A stretch of 26,092 nt of DNA, taken from NCBI GenBank assembly GCA_964385575.1, contig CAYLPO010000001.1, positions 1 through 26,092 on the forward strand. The letters run 5' to 3'. This document shows positions 15,984-24,821 of this stretch, piece after piece (position 1 is the first letter of the stretch; each line of letters starts with the position of its first letter). The notes under the pieces are model-generated. The model did not search any database, was not told the DNA's origin, and was given only the letters and a program-made list of their open reading frames with translations. Made by a program: the position numbers and the translations under genes. Source of the stretch: an uncultured Lachnospiraceae bacterium. Its GTDB lineage: Bacteria > Bacillota > Clostridia > Lachnospirales > Lachnospiraceae.

Positions 15984-16382
15984 ATGAGCAAGATCGGTGA
16001 GTTTCTCAAGGGAGCAGGCACTTTCTATCTGGCGACCGCAGACGGCGATCAGCCGAAGATCCGCCCTCTGGGCATGTTCATGGACGGTGACGACTATGTC
16101 CGTTTCGGCATTGGCACCTTCAAAGACTGCTGGAAGCAGATGATGGCGAACCCGAAGGTCGAGATCGTGGCCTGCCAGGGCGCGAAGTGGCTGCGCTACA
16201 CCGGCAAGGTCGTCGTGGATGACGCCTGCTGGGCAGAGAAGGCTCTCGAGGAGAACCCGAACCTGAAGAACATCTATAACGAAGAGACCGGAAACGTCAT
16301 GGGCGTGTTCCACCTCGAGGATGCGACCGCATACGTGATCAACCTCATGCCTGCACTGGGCTGCGAGGATCTGCTGGCGTAA
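15984..16382 (+). CDS. Pyridoxamine 5'-phosphate oxidase-like (FMN-binding split barrel) protein
   Basis: FYLATADGDQPKIRP, KQMMANPKVEI, WLRYTG; SD AAGGAGG before ATG 15984. Confidence 0.85.
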   Translation: MSKIGEFLKGAGTFYLATADGDQPKIRPLGMFMDGDDYVRFGIGTFKDCWKQMMANPKVEIVACQGAKWLRYTGKVVVDDACWAEKALEENPNLKNIYNEETGNVMGVFHLEDATAYVINLMPALGCEDLLA

Positions 16383-16411
16383 CCAATGCGGATAAACAGC
16401 CGTTAATGCTG

Positions 16412-16443
16412 CGGGGGCACCGGTTTTCGGCGCCTCCGTTTTT
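16412..16443 (+). terminator. Rho-independent terminator
   Basis: CGGGGGCACCG-gttt t-CGGCGCCTCCG stem (one mismatch, one G-U) followed by TTTTT. Confidence 0.65.
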
Positions 16444-16533
16444 CGTTCGGCCGGTTCGGACGAATGCCAAACAGAGAAATAAACCTGCTGCGCGACCGGT
16501 GGTCGGGAAAAGCAGATCGTGGAAGGACAGATC

Positions 16534-17178
16534 ATGGAAAATCAGAAAGAATTCGGAGCGGGCTTGCCCGATTTCGGTGCTGCAGCGGGGCCGGACCCGG
16601 AGAGTGCGCAGTTTGCGGTCGTGATCCCGCTGGTGCGGCGCGGCGGGGAGACCTATGTGCTGTTTGAGAAGCGCGCGGAAGACCTGGACCGGCAGCCCGG
16701 CGAGATCTGCCTGCCGGGCGGTGCGGAAGAAGACGGAGAGGGCCTGGCGCAGACCGCGGTGCGGGAAACTTCGGAGGAGCTTTTGATCCGGCCGGAGCAG
16801 GTAAGGCTTCTGGGCCGGATGAAGACGCTGCGAACCGGTTACGGAAATGAGATCGCGGTGTTTCTCGGGGAACTGGAGGACTACCGGGGGACCTGGTCGG
16901 CAGATGAGGTCGCCTGTACGTTCGAGGTGCCGCTTCATTATTTTCTGGAGAATGAACCGGCAGAGTACGGAACAGCCGCAAGAATCGAGCCGGACCCGGA
17001 TTTTCCGTTGGATAAGATCCCGGGCGGGGCGAACTATCCCTGGCACGCCCGAAGAGAGCGGGTGGCGTTTTATTATTACGAGGACTGGGTCATATGGGGA
17101 CTGACCGCGCGGATCATGAAAGAGGCGGTACGTGTGCTGCGGGCGGTGCCGGAGGCGGCGCAGGCGGCAGGATGCTGA
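16534..17178 (+). CDS. Nudix hydrolase, CoA pyrophosphatase subfamily
   Basis: QPGEICLPGGAEE...AVRETSEEL Nudix box, and C-terminal IWGLTARI typical of CoA-Nudix enzymes. Confidence 0.88.
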   Translation: MENQKEFGAGLPDFGAAAGPDPESAQFAVVIPLVRRGGETYVLFEKRAEDLDRQPGEICLPGGAEEDGEGLAQTAVRETSEELLIRPEQVRLLGRMKTLRTGYGNEIAVFLGELEDYRGTWSADEVACTFEVPLHYFLENEPAEYGTAARIEPDPDFPLDKIPGGANYPWHARRERVAFYYYEDWVIWGLTARIMKEAVRVLRAVPEAAQAAGC

Positions 17179-18269
17179 GCGTCCGGAAAAGGTCGACAGA
17201 CGGTGTATCCGGAGCGCCTGAGCGGGCGCCTTATCGTTCGCTCAATGCATACTTGCGCGGCCGCTTCGGGGGTAAAGTTTATAAACTGGGGCTGGATATC
17301 GGCTGCACCTGCCCGAACCGGGACGGAACACTGGGGTCCGGCGGCTGTATCTTCTGCGCGGGCGGAGGATCGGAGTTCGCGGCGCGCAGCGAGGCGGAGC
17401 TTGCGGAGCGAAGCGTGGCTTCGGCCGGCAGCATTGCAGCAGGGCCGGCAGATCTCGACGCGATGATCGATGCCGCGAAAGCGCGCGTGGAGCGGAAGAT
17501 GCCGAAAGGCGATAGGCCGGCGGCACCGGAGAATCATTACATCGCCTACTTTCAGACCTATACGAACACATACGGGAATATCGGGCGGATCGGCGCCTGC
17601 TTTCGCGCTGCCGCAGCCCGGCCGGATATCTGCGCGCTTGCGGTCGCGACAAGGCCGGACTGCCTGGGTCCGGCGTGGATCGATTTGCTCGCAGAGCTGA
17701 ATCGCGTAAAACCGGTCTGGGTCGAGCTCGGTCTGCAGACCATCCGGGAGGATACTGCCCGGCTGATCCGCCGCGGGTATGAACTGCCGGTCTTTGAGGA
17801 CGCGGTCAGGAGGCTGAAAGCGGCCGGACTCGAGGTCGTCGCGCATGTGATCCTGGGGCTTCCGGGAGAGGACGAAGAAGACATGAAATCCACAGTTCGG
17901 TATCTCGCGGAGCTGGGACGCTGCGGAGCGGACGCCTGCGGGACGGAGCCCCTTGCGGCATCCGCGGGAATCGACGGCATCAAACTCCAGCTCATGCATG
18001 TGCTTGCCGGGACGGAGCTGGCGCGGATGTATGCGGAGGATCCTTCGGTGATTCGGCGGTTTTCCATGGAGGAGTATGTGGATCTGGTCATTGACCTCGT
18101 AGAATTGCTTCCGCCGGACATGGTCGTTCATCGGCTGACCGGCGACGGCGCGAAGAAGCTGTTGATCGAACCGAAATGGAGTGCAAATAAAAAGGCGGTA
18201 TTAAACCGCCTGAACAAACGCTTTTCCGAGCGCGGTGCCTATCAGGGCCGGCTCTTTCCCGGGGGATGA
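17172..18269 (+). CDS. TIGR01212 (YhcC/YtqA-like) radical SAM protein
   Basis: CPNRDGTLGSGGCIFC, YIAYFQTYTNTY, ATRPDCL, WVELGLQT, HVILGLPGE, HRLTGD; ATG overlaps the Nudix stop (ATGCTGA). Confidence 0.92.
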   Translation: MLSVRKRSTDGVSGAPERAPYRSLNAYLRGRFGGKVYKLGLDIGCTCPNRDGTLGSGGCIFCAGGGSEFAARSEAELAERSVASAGSIAAGPADLDAMIDAAKARVERKMPKGDRPAAPENHYIAYFQTYTNTYGNIGRIGACFRAAAARPDICALAVATRPDCLGPAWIDLLAELNRVKPVWVELGLQTIREDTARLIRRGYELPVFEDAVRRLKAAGLEVVAHVILGLPGEDEEDMKSTVRYLAELGRCGADACGTEPLAASAGIDGIKLQLMHVLAGTELARMYAEDPSVIRRFSMEEYVDLVIDLVELLPPDMVVHRLTGDGAKKLLIEPKWSANKKAVLNRLNKRFSERGAYQGRLFPGG

Positions 18270-18279
18270 CCCCGGTTTT

Positions 18280-19542
18280 TTATTCTTCCTGAGGGGTGTC
18301 GGCAGGGCCTTCGGCCATGTCCGCGACCGCGTCGGTCTCATCCGCGACTGTGCCGGCATCGACTGCCGCTGTATCTGTGGGGACTGCCGCCGCAGCTGCC
18401 TCACGCGCCATCCGGCGCTCCTTTCGCTTCACCAGACGCGGGTAGATGTAATCACGGTACAGGAAGTCAAGGATGGCGCCGATCGGAATGGCCAGGAACA
18501 CACCGAGCATGCCGAACAACCGACCCATCACGATCAGCATGATCAGGACCCACAGGCCGCTGACGTTCAGGGTGTTTCCGTAGAGTTTCGGTTTCACGAT
18601 GTAGCCGTCCGCGAACTGCAGCAGCACGGTGAAGATCAGGAAGATCAACGCGTGCAGAGGGTTCACCAGCAGCAGGATCAGCGCGCCGAGCGCGCCGCCC
18701 ACGACCGGTCCGAACGTGGGGAACAGGTTCGTCACGCCTACGATCATGGAGACGATCACGATATAGCTCATGCCGAAGATCCGCATCAGCAGTGCGTTCA
18801 GCAGGCCCACGATCAGCGCCTCGATGAAGTCACAGATGATGAACCGGACAATGATGGCGTCACACCGGTTCCAGAACTTGCGGATGGCGGGATGGTGTTC
18901 ATCCTTCGTGAGAACTTTCACCAGGCGTTTGAACCAGCCCACAACGCGGTTTTTGTCAATCAGGACGTAGATCGCGATGACAAAGCTGATCAGCAGGTAA
19001 AAGATGGCCTGACCGACATTTGTAAGCGTGCTGAACAGCTCGCCCTGATGCTCGGTAATATAGTTGACGATCCGCTGTCCGAAGTTGCTGGTCAGCGCGT
19101 CGATCTGCGAGAAGTCAATATGCAGCTGCGGGAAATGATCGCGGATCGTGATGCCGAACCGCGTCAGCGCGTCTACGTAAGTGCCCAGGTTTGCGATGAA
19201 CCCGCGCGCGCTCTCGACCAGCTGCGGGATCAGGAACACCATCAGGACGGTAAACAGCGCTACGACCACGATGATCGTCAGTGCCACGGCCAGCAGCCAG
19301 GCGATCCGCCGCCGCTTGAGCTTCTTGAAGACCGTGCGGTCAAATCCCTTCGCGACCGGGTTCAGAACATAGGCAATGCAGAAACCCAGAATGACCGGAG
19401 AGATCAGCTTCCAAAGGTAAGCGATGCCCCGGCCGATGTCTCCGAGATGCGACAGCACCACAAAAAGAACCACGCCGATACAGATGGCGACAGTCAGGGA
19501 GAGCCAGCTCTTTTTGAGGTTGTTCCGAAACCAATTCCGCAT
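18280..19542 (-). CDS. AI-2E (PerM) family transporter
   Basis: SPVILGFCIAYVLNP, GVTNLFPTFGPVVG, LQFADGYIVKPKLYG, GMLGVFLAIP; multiple TM helices. Confidence 0.9.
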   Translation of the reverse strand: MRNWFRNNLKKSWLSLTVAICIGVVLFVVLSHLGDIGRGIAYLWKLISPVILGFCIAYVLNPVAKGFDRTVFKKLKRRRIAWLLAVALTIIVVVALFTVLMVFLIPQLVESARGFIANLGTYVDALTRFGITIRDHFPQLHIDFSQIDALTSNFGQRIVNYITEHQGELFSTLTNVGQAIFYLLISFVIAIYVLIDKNRVVGWFKRLVKVLTKDEHHPAIRKFWNRCDAIIVRFIICDFIEALIVGLLNALLMRIFGMSYIVIVSMIVGVTNLFPTFGPVVGGALGALILLLVNPLHALIFLIFTVLLQFADGYIVKPKLYGNTLNVSGLWVLIMLIVMGRLFGMLGVFLAIPIGAILDFLYRDYIYPRLVKRKERRMAREAAAAAVPTDTAAVDAGTVADETDAVADMAEGPADTPQEE

Positions 19543-19613
19543 GTTGATATTCCTAAAGGTACAAGGTTTCCTGCGTTAATATTTATGGGGACAATGCCCC
19601 GTTTCACACAATT

Positions 19614-19643
19614 AACATAGCATGCCGCCCAAACCACGGGCAA
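19614..19643 (-). promoter_or_regulatory. Candidate promoter for the AI-2E gene
   Basis: Minus strand TTGCCC-N18-TATGTT with TG extended -10. Confidence 0.4.
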
Positions 19644-19644
19644 T

Positions 19645-19677
19645 AAAAAAGAAAGCTCAGGAAAAATCCTAAGCTTT
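19645..19677 (-). terminator. Rho-independent terminator of the MATE gene
   Basis: Minus strand AAAGCTTAGGA-tttt-TCCTGAGCTTT followed by CTTTTTT. Confidence 0.75.
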
Positions 19678-19687
19678 CGGAAACATT

Positions 19688-21100
19688 TTACTGTGTAAAG
19701 GAAGAAGCAGCGCCCTTGCTGAAGATCTTTTTCCGCATGACCATGAAGGTGATGAACGCCACGGCCGCGGCGCCCACATCGCCGGCCGGCATGGCCGCCA
19801 GCAGACCGTTCAGCCCGAAGAAGATCGGGAGGATGAGGACACAGGGGATCAGGATCAGGACCTGTCGGCACAGCGACACGATCAGCGCCTGCACGGGCTG
19901 GCCGATGGCCTGGAAAAAGATACTGATGCAGGCACTCGTCGGCATGAAAAAGATCAGAGCGGTCGCGATGCGGAAGCAGAGGACCGCAAACTGGTTATAC
20001 AGTTCGGACTCGCTGCCGAAGATACCGATCAACTGTCTGGGGAACAGCTGATAAATAAAGAACGCCGCAATCATGATGATCGTCGAGATGATCCAGGCGG
20101 TAAACAGCGTCTTCTTCACCCGGTCGTGCTGGCCCGAACTGTAGTTGAAACCGTAGATGGGTTGGGAACCGCCGGCGATGCCGATGGGGATGCCGCAGAT
20201 CAGGTTATTGATCTTCATGACGATGCCGAAGACTGCCAGCGTGATGTCCGCGCCGTAGATGGAGGCTGCGCCCCACTTGACCAGACTGCGGTTCATCAGG
20301 ATGGACAGGACCACGCCCGCGCACTGCGTGATGAAACTGGAGATGCCCAGGGTCAGGGTCTTCTTCAGGACCTTCCACTCCGGCTTCAGAATGTCCGTCT
20401 TCGTCAGGTTGAAGGACTTCATGCGTCTCAGGCAGAAGATAAAGAACACGAAGTTCACGATCTGGCCCAGAATCGTTGCGAGAGCGGCGCCCGTCACGCC
20501 CCAGCGGAACACAAAGATGAAGAGCGGGTCGAAGATGAAGTTCGTGATGCAGCCCAGCACCATGCCCAGCATCGAGATGCGGGGACGGCCGTCCGCGCGC
20601 ATCAGAGCTGCGAAAGAGCCGTCGCACAGCGCGAAGACGAAGCCGATCACGATGATCCGGCCGTAATCCACGGCATACGGAAGGATGGTGTCCGTGGCGC
20701 CTAAGAAGCGGCAGAGCGGCGTCAGGAAGATGGAGAACACGAGAGTCAGGAGCAAACTCACGATGATGGACATGAGAATGGCTCCGCCTGCGCCCTTCGC
20801 CGCGCGGTCTTTCCGGCCCACGCCCAGGTTCAGGGCAATGAAGGCAGCCGCGCCGTCACCGATCAAAAGTCCGAGGGCGATCATGACGACCGTCATGGGG
20901 ACGATGATGTTCGTGGCAGCATTGCCCAGATAGCCGACGCCCCAGCCGATGAACAGCTGGTCGACGATGTTATACAGGGAACTGATGACGAATGCGACGA
21001 CGCTCGGAATGGCGAACGTGCGGATCAGCTTTCCAACGGGCTCATATCCCAGCGGGTTCTCCTTCGCTGCGGAATGGATCTGTACTGCGTTTTCTTCCAT
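19688..21100 (-). CDS. MATE-family efflux transporter
   Basis: LGYEPVGKLIRTFAIPS, SSLYNIVDQLFIGWGVG, NFIFDPLFIF...GVTGAALAT, QPIYGFNYSSG; about 12 TM helices. Confidence 0.93.
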   Translation of the reverse strand: MEENAVQIHSAAKENPLGYEPVGKLIRTFAIPSVVAFVISSLYNIVDQLFIGWGVGYLGNAATNIIVPMTVVMIALGLLIGDGAAAFIALNLGVGRKDRAAKGAGGAILMSIIVSLLLTLVFSIFLTPLCRFLGATDTILPYAVDYGRIIVIGFVFALCDGSFAALMRADGRPRISMLGMVLGCITNFIFDPLFIFVFRWGVTGAALATILGQIVNFVFFIFCLRRMKSFNLTKTDILKPEWKVLKKTLTLGISSFITQCAGVVLSILMNRSLVKWGAASIYGADITLAVFGIVMKINNLICGIPIGIAGGSQPIYGFNYSSGQHDRVKKTLFTAWIISTIIMIAAFFIYQLFPRQLIGIFGSESELYNQFAVLCFRIATALIFFMPTSACISIFFQAIGQPVQALIVSLCRQVLILIPCVLILPIFFGLNGLLAAMPAGDVGAAAVAFITFMVMRKKIFSKGAASSFTQ

Positions 21101-21170
21101 GGAAGGGCCTCCTGTTTCTCCTGAAAATATAAAAAGCGCGCCCGATTACAGTAAAACAGCGCAAGTTTGT

Positions 21171-21199
21171 ATTTTAACGGCGAGTCTCGGTAATGTCAA
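21171..21199 (-). promoter_or_regulatory. Sigma70/A promoter of the MATE gene
   Basis: Minus strand TTGACA-N17-TAAAAT. Confidence 0.7.
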
Positions 21200-21257
21200 C
21201 CGAAAAATGTCGCATGCTACGATTTTCGAAAAACATCGGGGCCGGTCCCGGATCTTA

Positions 21258-21287
21258 TTGACAATGCGGCGGGGCCGGGGGTATTAT
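21258..21287 (+). promoter_or_regulatory. Sigma70/A promoter of the thiamine-precursor uptake operon
   Basis: TTGACA-N18-TATTAT just upstream of the TPP aptamer. Confidence 0.7.
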
Positions 21288-21296
21288 GCAAAAAAC

Positions 21297-21390
21297 AAAA
21301 GGGGAGCTGGTGGAAGCCGGCTGAGAGTAAGGATGATCCTCCTTAGACCCGTTGATCTGATCCGGATAATGCCGGCGTAGGGAGATAAAG
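21297..21390 (+). promoter_or_regulatory. TPP riboswitch (THI element)
   Basis: GGGGAGC...GGCTGAGAG...GACCCGTTGATCTGATCCGGATAATGCCGGCGTAGGGA matches the conserved TPP aptamer core; lies upstream of thiamine-related genes. Ends are approximate. Confidence 0.93.
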
Positions 21391-21431
21391 GGTTCGGGCG
21401 TTGACCCGCACCGCCGCGGAAGCGTTTCATG

Positions 21432-21466
21432 AAGTCCCTGCCGGGTTAGCCGGCGGGGACTTTTCT
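21432..21466 (+). terminator. Riboswitch expression-platform terminator
   Basis: AAGTCCCTGCCGG-gttag-CCGGCGGGGACTT followed by TTCT. Confidence 0.8.
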
Positions 21467-21513
21467 GCGTCTGCCGATGCCGGCAGGGCGCGGTTCGCCC
21501 GGGAGGGCAGCAG

Positions 21514-22266
21514 ATGAGCGTACTCGAAGTACAAAACGTGAGCTTCTCTTATGACGGGAAGCGAAAGATCCTGGAAGACGTGAACCTTCACCTGGAGGAG
21601 GGTGAGCTGGTCAGCATCCTGGGCACCTCGGGCGGCGGGAAGACCACGCTGTTTTCCGTCATTGCAGGGCTGAACGTGCCGCAGACCGGCCGTGTCCTGC
21701 TGAAAGGGGAGGACATTACCGGGCAGCCGGGCCATGTCAGCTACATGCTGCAGAAAGATCATCTGCTTCCTTATTATACGATCGAGGACAATGTCTCGCT
21801 TCCGTTGGTCATCCGCGGCATGAAGAAGCGCGAGGCCCGTGAGCGCGCGGCGGAGCTGCTGCCGCGGTTCGGTCTCGAGGGGACGCGGAAGAAGTATCCC
21901 GCACAGCTGTCCGGCGGCATGCGGCAGCGGGCGGCGCTTCTCAGGACCTACCTGTTCTCGGGGGAGGCGGCGCTTCTCGATGAGCCGTTCTCGGCGCTCG
22001 ACACGCTCACGAAGGCGGACATGCACCGCTGGTATCTGGGGGTGATGGAAGAGATCCGCCTCTCGACGCTGTTTATTACCCACGACATTGACGAGGCCAT
22101 CCTGCTCTCGGACCGGATCCTGCTTTTGGGTGGGAGCCCGGGGCGGATCATGGATGAGATCGTGGTCACGGAACCGAAACCCCGCGGCGAGGACTTCCTG
22201 CTGTCGGAGCGGTTTCTGGAATATAAGCGGAGGATCTCCGCAAAGCTCAAGGAGGGAAAAGCATGA
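21514..22266 (+). CDS. thiZ: HMP/thiamine-precursor ABC transporter ATP-binding protein (ThiZ-like)
   Basis: GTSGGGKTT, LSGGMRQRAA, LLDEPFSALD; first gene after the TPP riboswitch. Confidence 0.85.
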   Translation: MSVLEVQNVSFSYDGKRKILEDVNLHLEEGELVSILGTSGGGKTTLFSVIAGLNVPQTGRVLLKGEDITGQPGHVSYMLQKDHLLPYYTIEDNVSLPLVIRGMKKREARERAAELLPRFGLEGTRKKYPAQLSGGMRQRAALLRTYLFSGEAALLDEPFSALDTLTKADMHRWYLGVMEEIRLSTLFITHDIDEAILLSDRILLLGGSPGRIMDEIVVTEPKPRGEDFLLSERFLEYKRRISAKLKEGKA

Positions 22267-22610
22267 ACGCAAGTGTAGCTATTCAGGTGCTGCCGAAAAC
22301 GGACAATGACGAGGAGCTCATCCGCATCGTGGATGAGGTCATTGCCTACATTAAGAGTCAGGGGCTGAGCTGCTCGGTCGGGCCGTTCGAGACTACGATC
22401 GAAGGTGATTACGATCAGCTCATGGACATCGTGAAAGAGTGCCAGCACGTGGCGGTCAATGCGGGCTGCGCGGAAGTGTCCGCCTATGTGAAGATCGTCT
22501 GGCGGCCGAACGGAGACGTGCTTTCCATCGAGAAGAAGATCACGAAGCATCATCAGGATGACGATGCCATGGGCATTCTGGGAGAGGCTGCCGCGGAGGG
22601 CGGCCGCTGA
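22263..22610 (+). CDS. Thiamine-binding protein (MTH1187/YkoF/DUF77 family)
   Basis: SVAIQVLP...IVDEVIAYIKSQGL...VGPFETTIEGDYDQLMDIV; ATGA overlap with the upstream gene. Confidence 0.88.
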   Translation: MNASVAIQVLPKTDNDEELIRIVDEVIAYIKSQGLSCSVGPFETTIEGDYDQLMDIVKECQHVAVNAGCAEVSAYVKIVWRPNGDVLSIEKKITKHHQDDDAMGILGEAAAEGGR

Positions 22611-23458
22611 TGAGCTCCGGGCGGCGGACAATGCAGGCCGGCACGCGGGCCGCGCAGGCCGCGCGGAAAGCGCCTGCGGGACCGCGGCGGGGCACCGCGG
22701 GGAAGATCTCCTGGCTCTGGCCCTTTATCACGCTGATCGTGATCATCGCGGTCTGGCAGATCGTGAGTGTGACGGGGCTCGTGCCCTCATTTATGCTGCC
22801 CTCGCCGCTGAAGGTGGTCATCGCCCTGGTGTCGGACTTTCCGCTGCTGCTCTACCATTCGAAGGTCACGATCATCGAGTCCGTGGTCGGTCTGGTGCTG
22901 GGGGTTCTGATCGGGTTCGGCTTCGCGGTGTTGATGGACCGCTTCGACCGGGCTTACCAGGCGCTCTATCCGCTGATCGTGATCACACAGACCATTCCGA
23001 CCGTGGCCATCGCGCCGCTTCTGGTGCTGTGGTTCGGCTATGGCCTGCTGCCGAAGGTGGTGCTGATCATCATCGTGACATTCTTCCCCATGACCGTGAG
23101 CATGCTCGCGGGATTCCGCGAGGCGGATGAGGAGACCATAGACCTGATGCGGTCCATGGGCGCCGGCCGCGCGCAGATCTTCCGGCACGTGAAGTTCCCG
23201 GGAGCGCTGGGGCCGTTCTTCTCGGCGCTGCGGATCGCGGTGTCGTATGCGGTGGTCGGTGCGGTCATCTCCGAGTGGCTGGGCGGCTTCGAAGGTCTGG
23301 GTGTTTACATGACGCGCGTAAAGAGCGCGTTCGCATTCGACAAGATGTTTGCGGTCATCGTCCTGATCTCGGTATTGAGCCTGATTCTGATGGGGATCGT
23401 GAACCTGGTGCAGCGGCGGCTCATGCCGTGGACGCATGTGCGCGAGGCGGAAGAGTAG
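22610..23458 (+). CDS. thiX: HMP/thiamine-precursor ABC transporter permease (ThiX-like)
   Basis: FMLPSPLKV, SQ/TQTIPTVAIAPLLVLWFGYG, DLMRSMGA, AVISEWLGG..GLG; TGATG overlap. Confidence 0.85.
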   Translation: MSSGRRTMQAGTRAAQAARKAPAGPRRGTAGKISWLWPFITLIVIIAVWQIVSVTGLVPSFMLPSPLKVVIALVSDFPLLLYHSKVTIIESVVGLVLGVLIGFGFAVLMDRFDRAYQALYPLIVITQTIPTVAIAPLLVLWFGYGLLPKVVLIIIVTFFPMTVSMLAGFREADEETIDLMRSMGAGRAQIFRHVKFPGALGPFFSALRIAVSYAVVGAVISEWLGGFEGLGVYMTRVKSAFAFDKMFAVIVLISVLSLILMGIVNLVQRRLMPWTHVREAEE

Positions 23459-23555
23459 ATGCGCGGGAAGCGCGAATGCACGCGGAAAAGTGAATAGATC
23501 AGGCAAAGAGATTCAATCGAAAGAAATATATTTATAAAAGGAAAGGAAACGTAAC

Positions 23556-24659
23556 ATGAGACGGAAAAGAGCCACGAAACTGATTACAGCGGTGGGTCTG
23601 GCGGCAGCGATGGTACTGTCGCTGGCGGCCTGCGGCGGGAATGCCGGCGCTTCCGGCGGTGCGGGTAATGCCGCGGATGCGGGCTCGGCGTCAGACACTT
23701 CCGATGCGGGCGGCCAGGCGGATGCCGGTGCCCAGAACGGTCCGCAGGGAGACCTGACCGAGATCACCTTCGCGCTCGACTGGACCCCGAACACGAACCA
23801 CACCGGCGTGTATGTGGCCGAGGCGCTCGGCTATTTCGAGGAGGCCGGCCTGGATATCACGATCGTGCAGCCGGCGGAGAACACGGCGGAGCTGATGGTC
23901 GGCTCGAATGCCGCGCAGTTCGGCGTGTCGTTTCAGGACACCATGATGCCGGCGGTCGTCGGGGAGGACGCGCTGCCCATCACGGCGGTCGCGGCGGTGG
24001 TGCAGCACAACACCAGCGGCATCGTCTCCCGCGCGGGAGAGGGGATGGATCATCCCGCGGGTCTGGAGGGACACCGCTATGCGACCTGGGATCTGGACAT
24101 TGAAAAAGCCACCATTCGCACTGTGATGGAAGCCGACGGCGGTGATTTCGACCAGGTCCAGCTGATCCCCAGCAATGTCACGGATGAGGTTTCGGCGCTG
24201 CAGTCGAATTCCGTCGACGCCATCTGGATCTTCTACGGCTGGGCCGGCGTGGCCTGCGAGCTGGCGGGGCTGGATATCGATTACTTCGCGTTTGCGGACA
24301 TTGACCCCGCGTTCGACTACTACACGCCGGTGATCGTCGGAAACACCGACTGGATGGAGGCGAACCCCGAGGCGGCGCACGCGTTCGTCGAGGCGCTGTC
24401 CCGCGGCTACACCTACGCGGCGGAGCATCCGGACGAGGCGGCGGACATCCTGCTGGAGGCGGCGCCCGAGCTGGACTCCGAGCTGGTGCACGCCAGCCAG
24501 GCGTATCTGTCGGAGCAGTACATCGCGGATGCCGCCCAGTGGGGCGTGATCGATCCGGCGCGCTGGAATGCGTTCTATAACTGGATCAATGAGAATGGGC
24601 TGGGGCCCGCGGAGATCCCGGAGGATACCGGATTTACCAATGACTATCTGCCGGAGTGA
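23556..24659 (+). CDS. thiY: NMT1/THI5-like substrate-binding lipoprotein (ThiY-like)
   Basis: Lipobox LAAC (Cys26); ALDWTPNTNHTG..VA...GYF, VQHNTSG, DYYTPV. Confidence 0.88.
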   Translation: MRRKRATKLITAVGLAAAMVLSLAACGGNAGASGGAGNAADAGSASDTSDAGGQADAGAQNGPQGDLTEITFALDWTPNTNHTGVYVAEALGYFEEAGLDITIVQPAENTAELMVGSNAAQFGVSFQDTMMPAVVGEDALPITAVAAVVQHNTSGIVSRAGEGMDHPAGLEGHRYATWDLDIEKATIRTVMEADGGDFDQVQLIPSNVTDEVSALQSNSVDAIWIFYGWAGVACELAGLDIDYFAFADIDPAFDYYTPVIVGNTDWMEANPEAAHAFVEALSRGYTYAAEHPDEAADILLEAAPELDSELVHASQAYLSEQYIADAAQWGVIDPARWNAFYNWINENGLGPAEIPEDTGFTNDYLPE

Positions 24660-24698
24660 CGGAAGGGATCAAACGTCTTGTAAATCAGAAATTTTTCA

Positions 24699-24744
24699 GA
24701 GTATGCGTTTGACGTACGGCGGTCAAACGTGTACTCTTTTATTT
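24699..24744 (+). terminator. Rho-independent terminator of the thi operon
   Basis: GAGTATGCGTTTGAC-8 nt-GTCAAACGTGTACTC (two G-U pairs) followed by TTTTATTT. Confidence 0.75.
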
Positions 24745-24821
24745 AGAAGATTTGTGAACGTTCTTATCGTACGCTTTTTTCGGCGCGCGGAACACAAAAG
24801 ATGATCTTAGGAGGTAACCAT

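Noticed and set aside
24750-24770. TTGTGAACGTTCTTA upstream of the Fe-ADH, resembling a Rex or CcpA site
   Set aside because: Only the left half matches the Rex palindrome, and the conserved 3' C of a cre site is missing.
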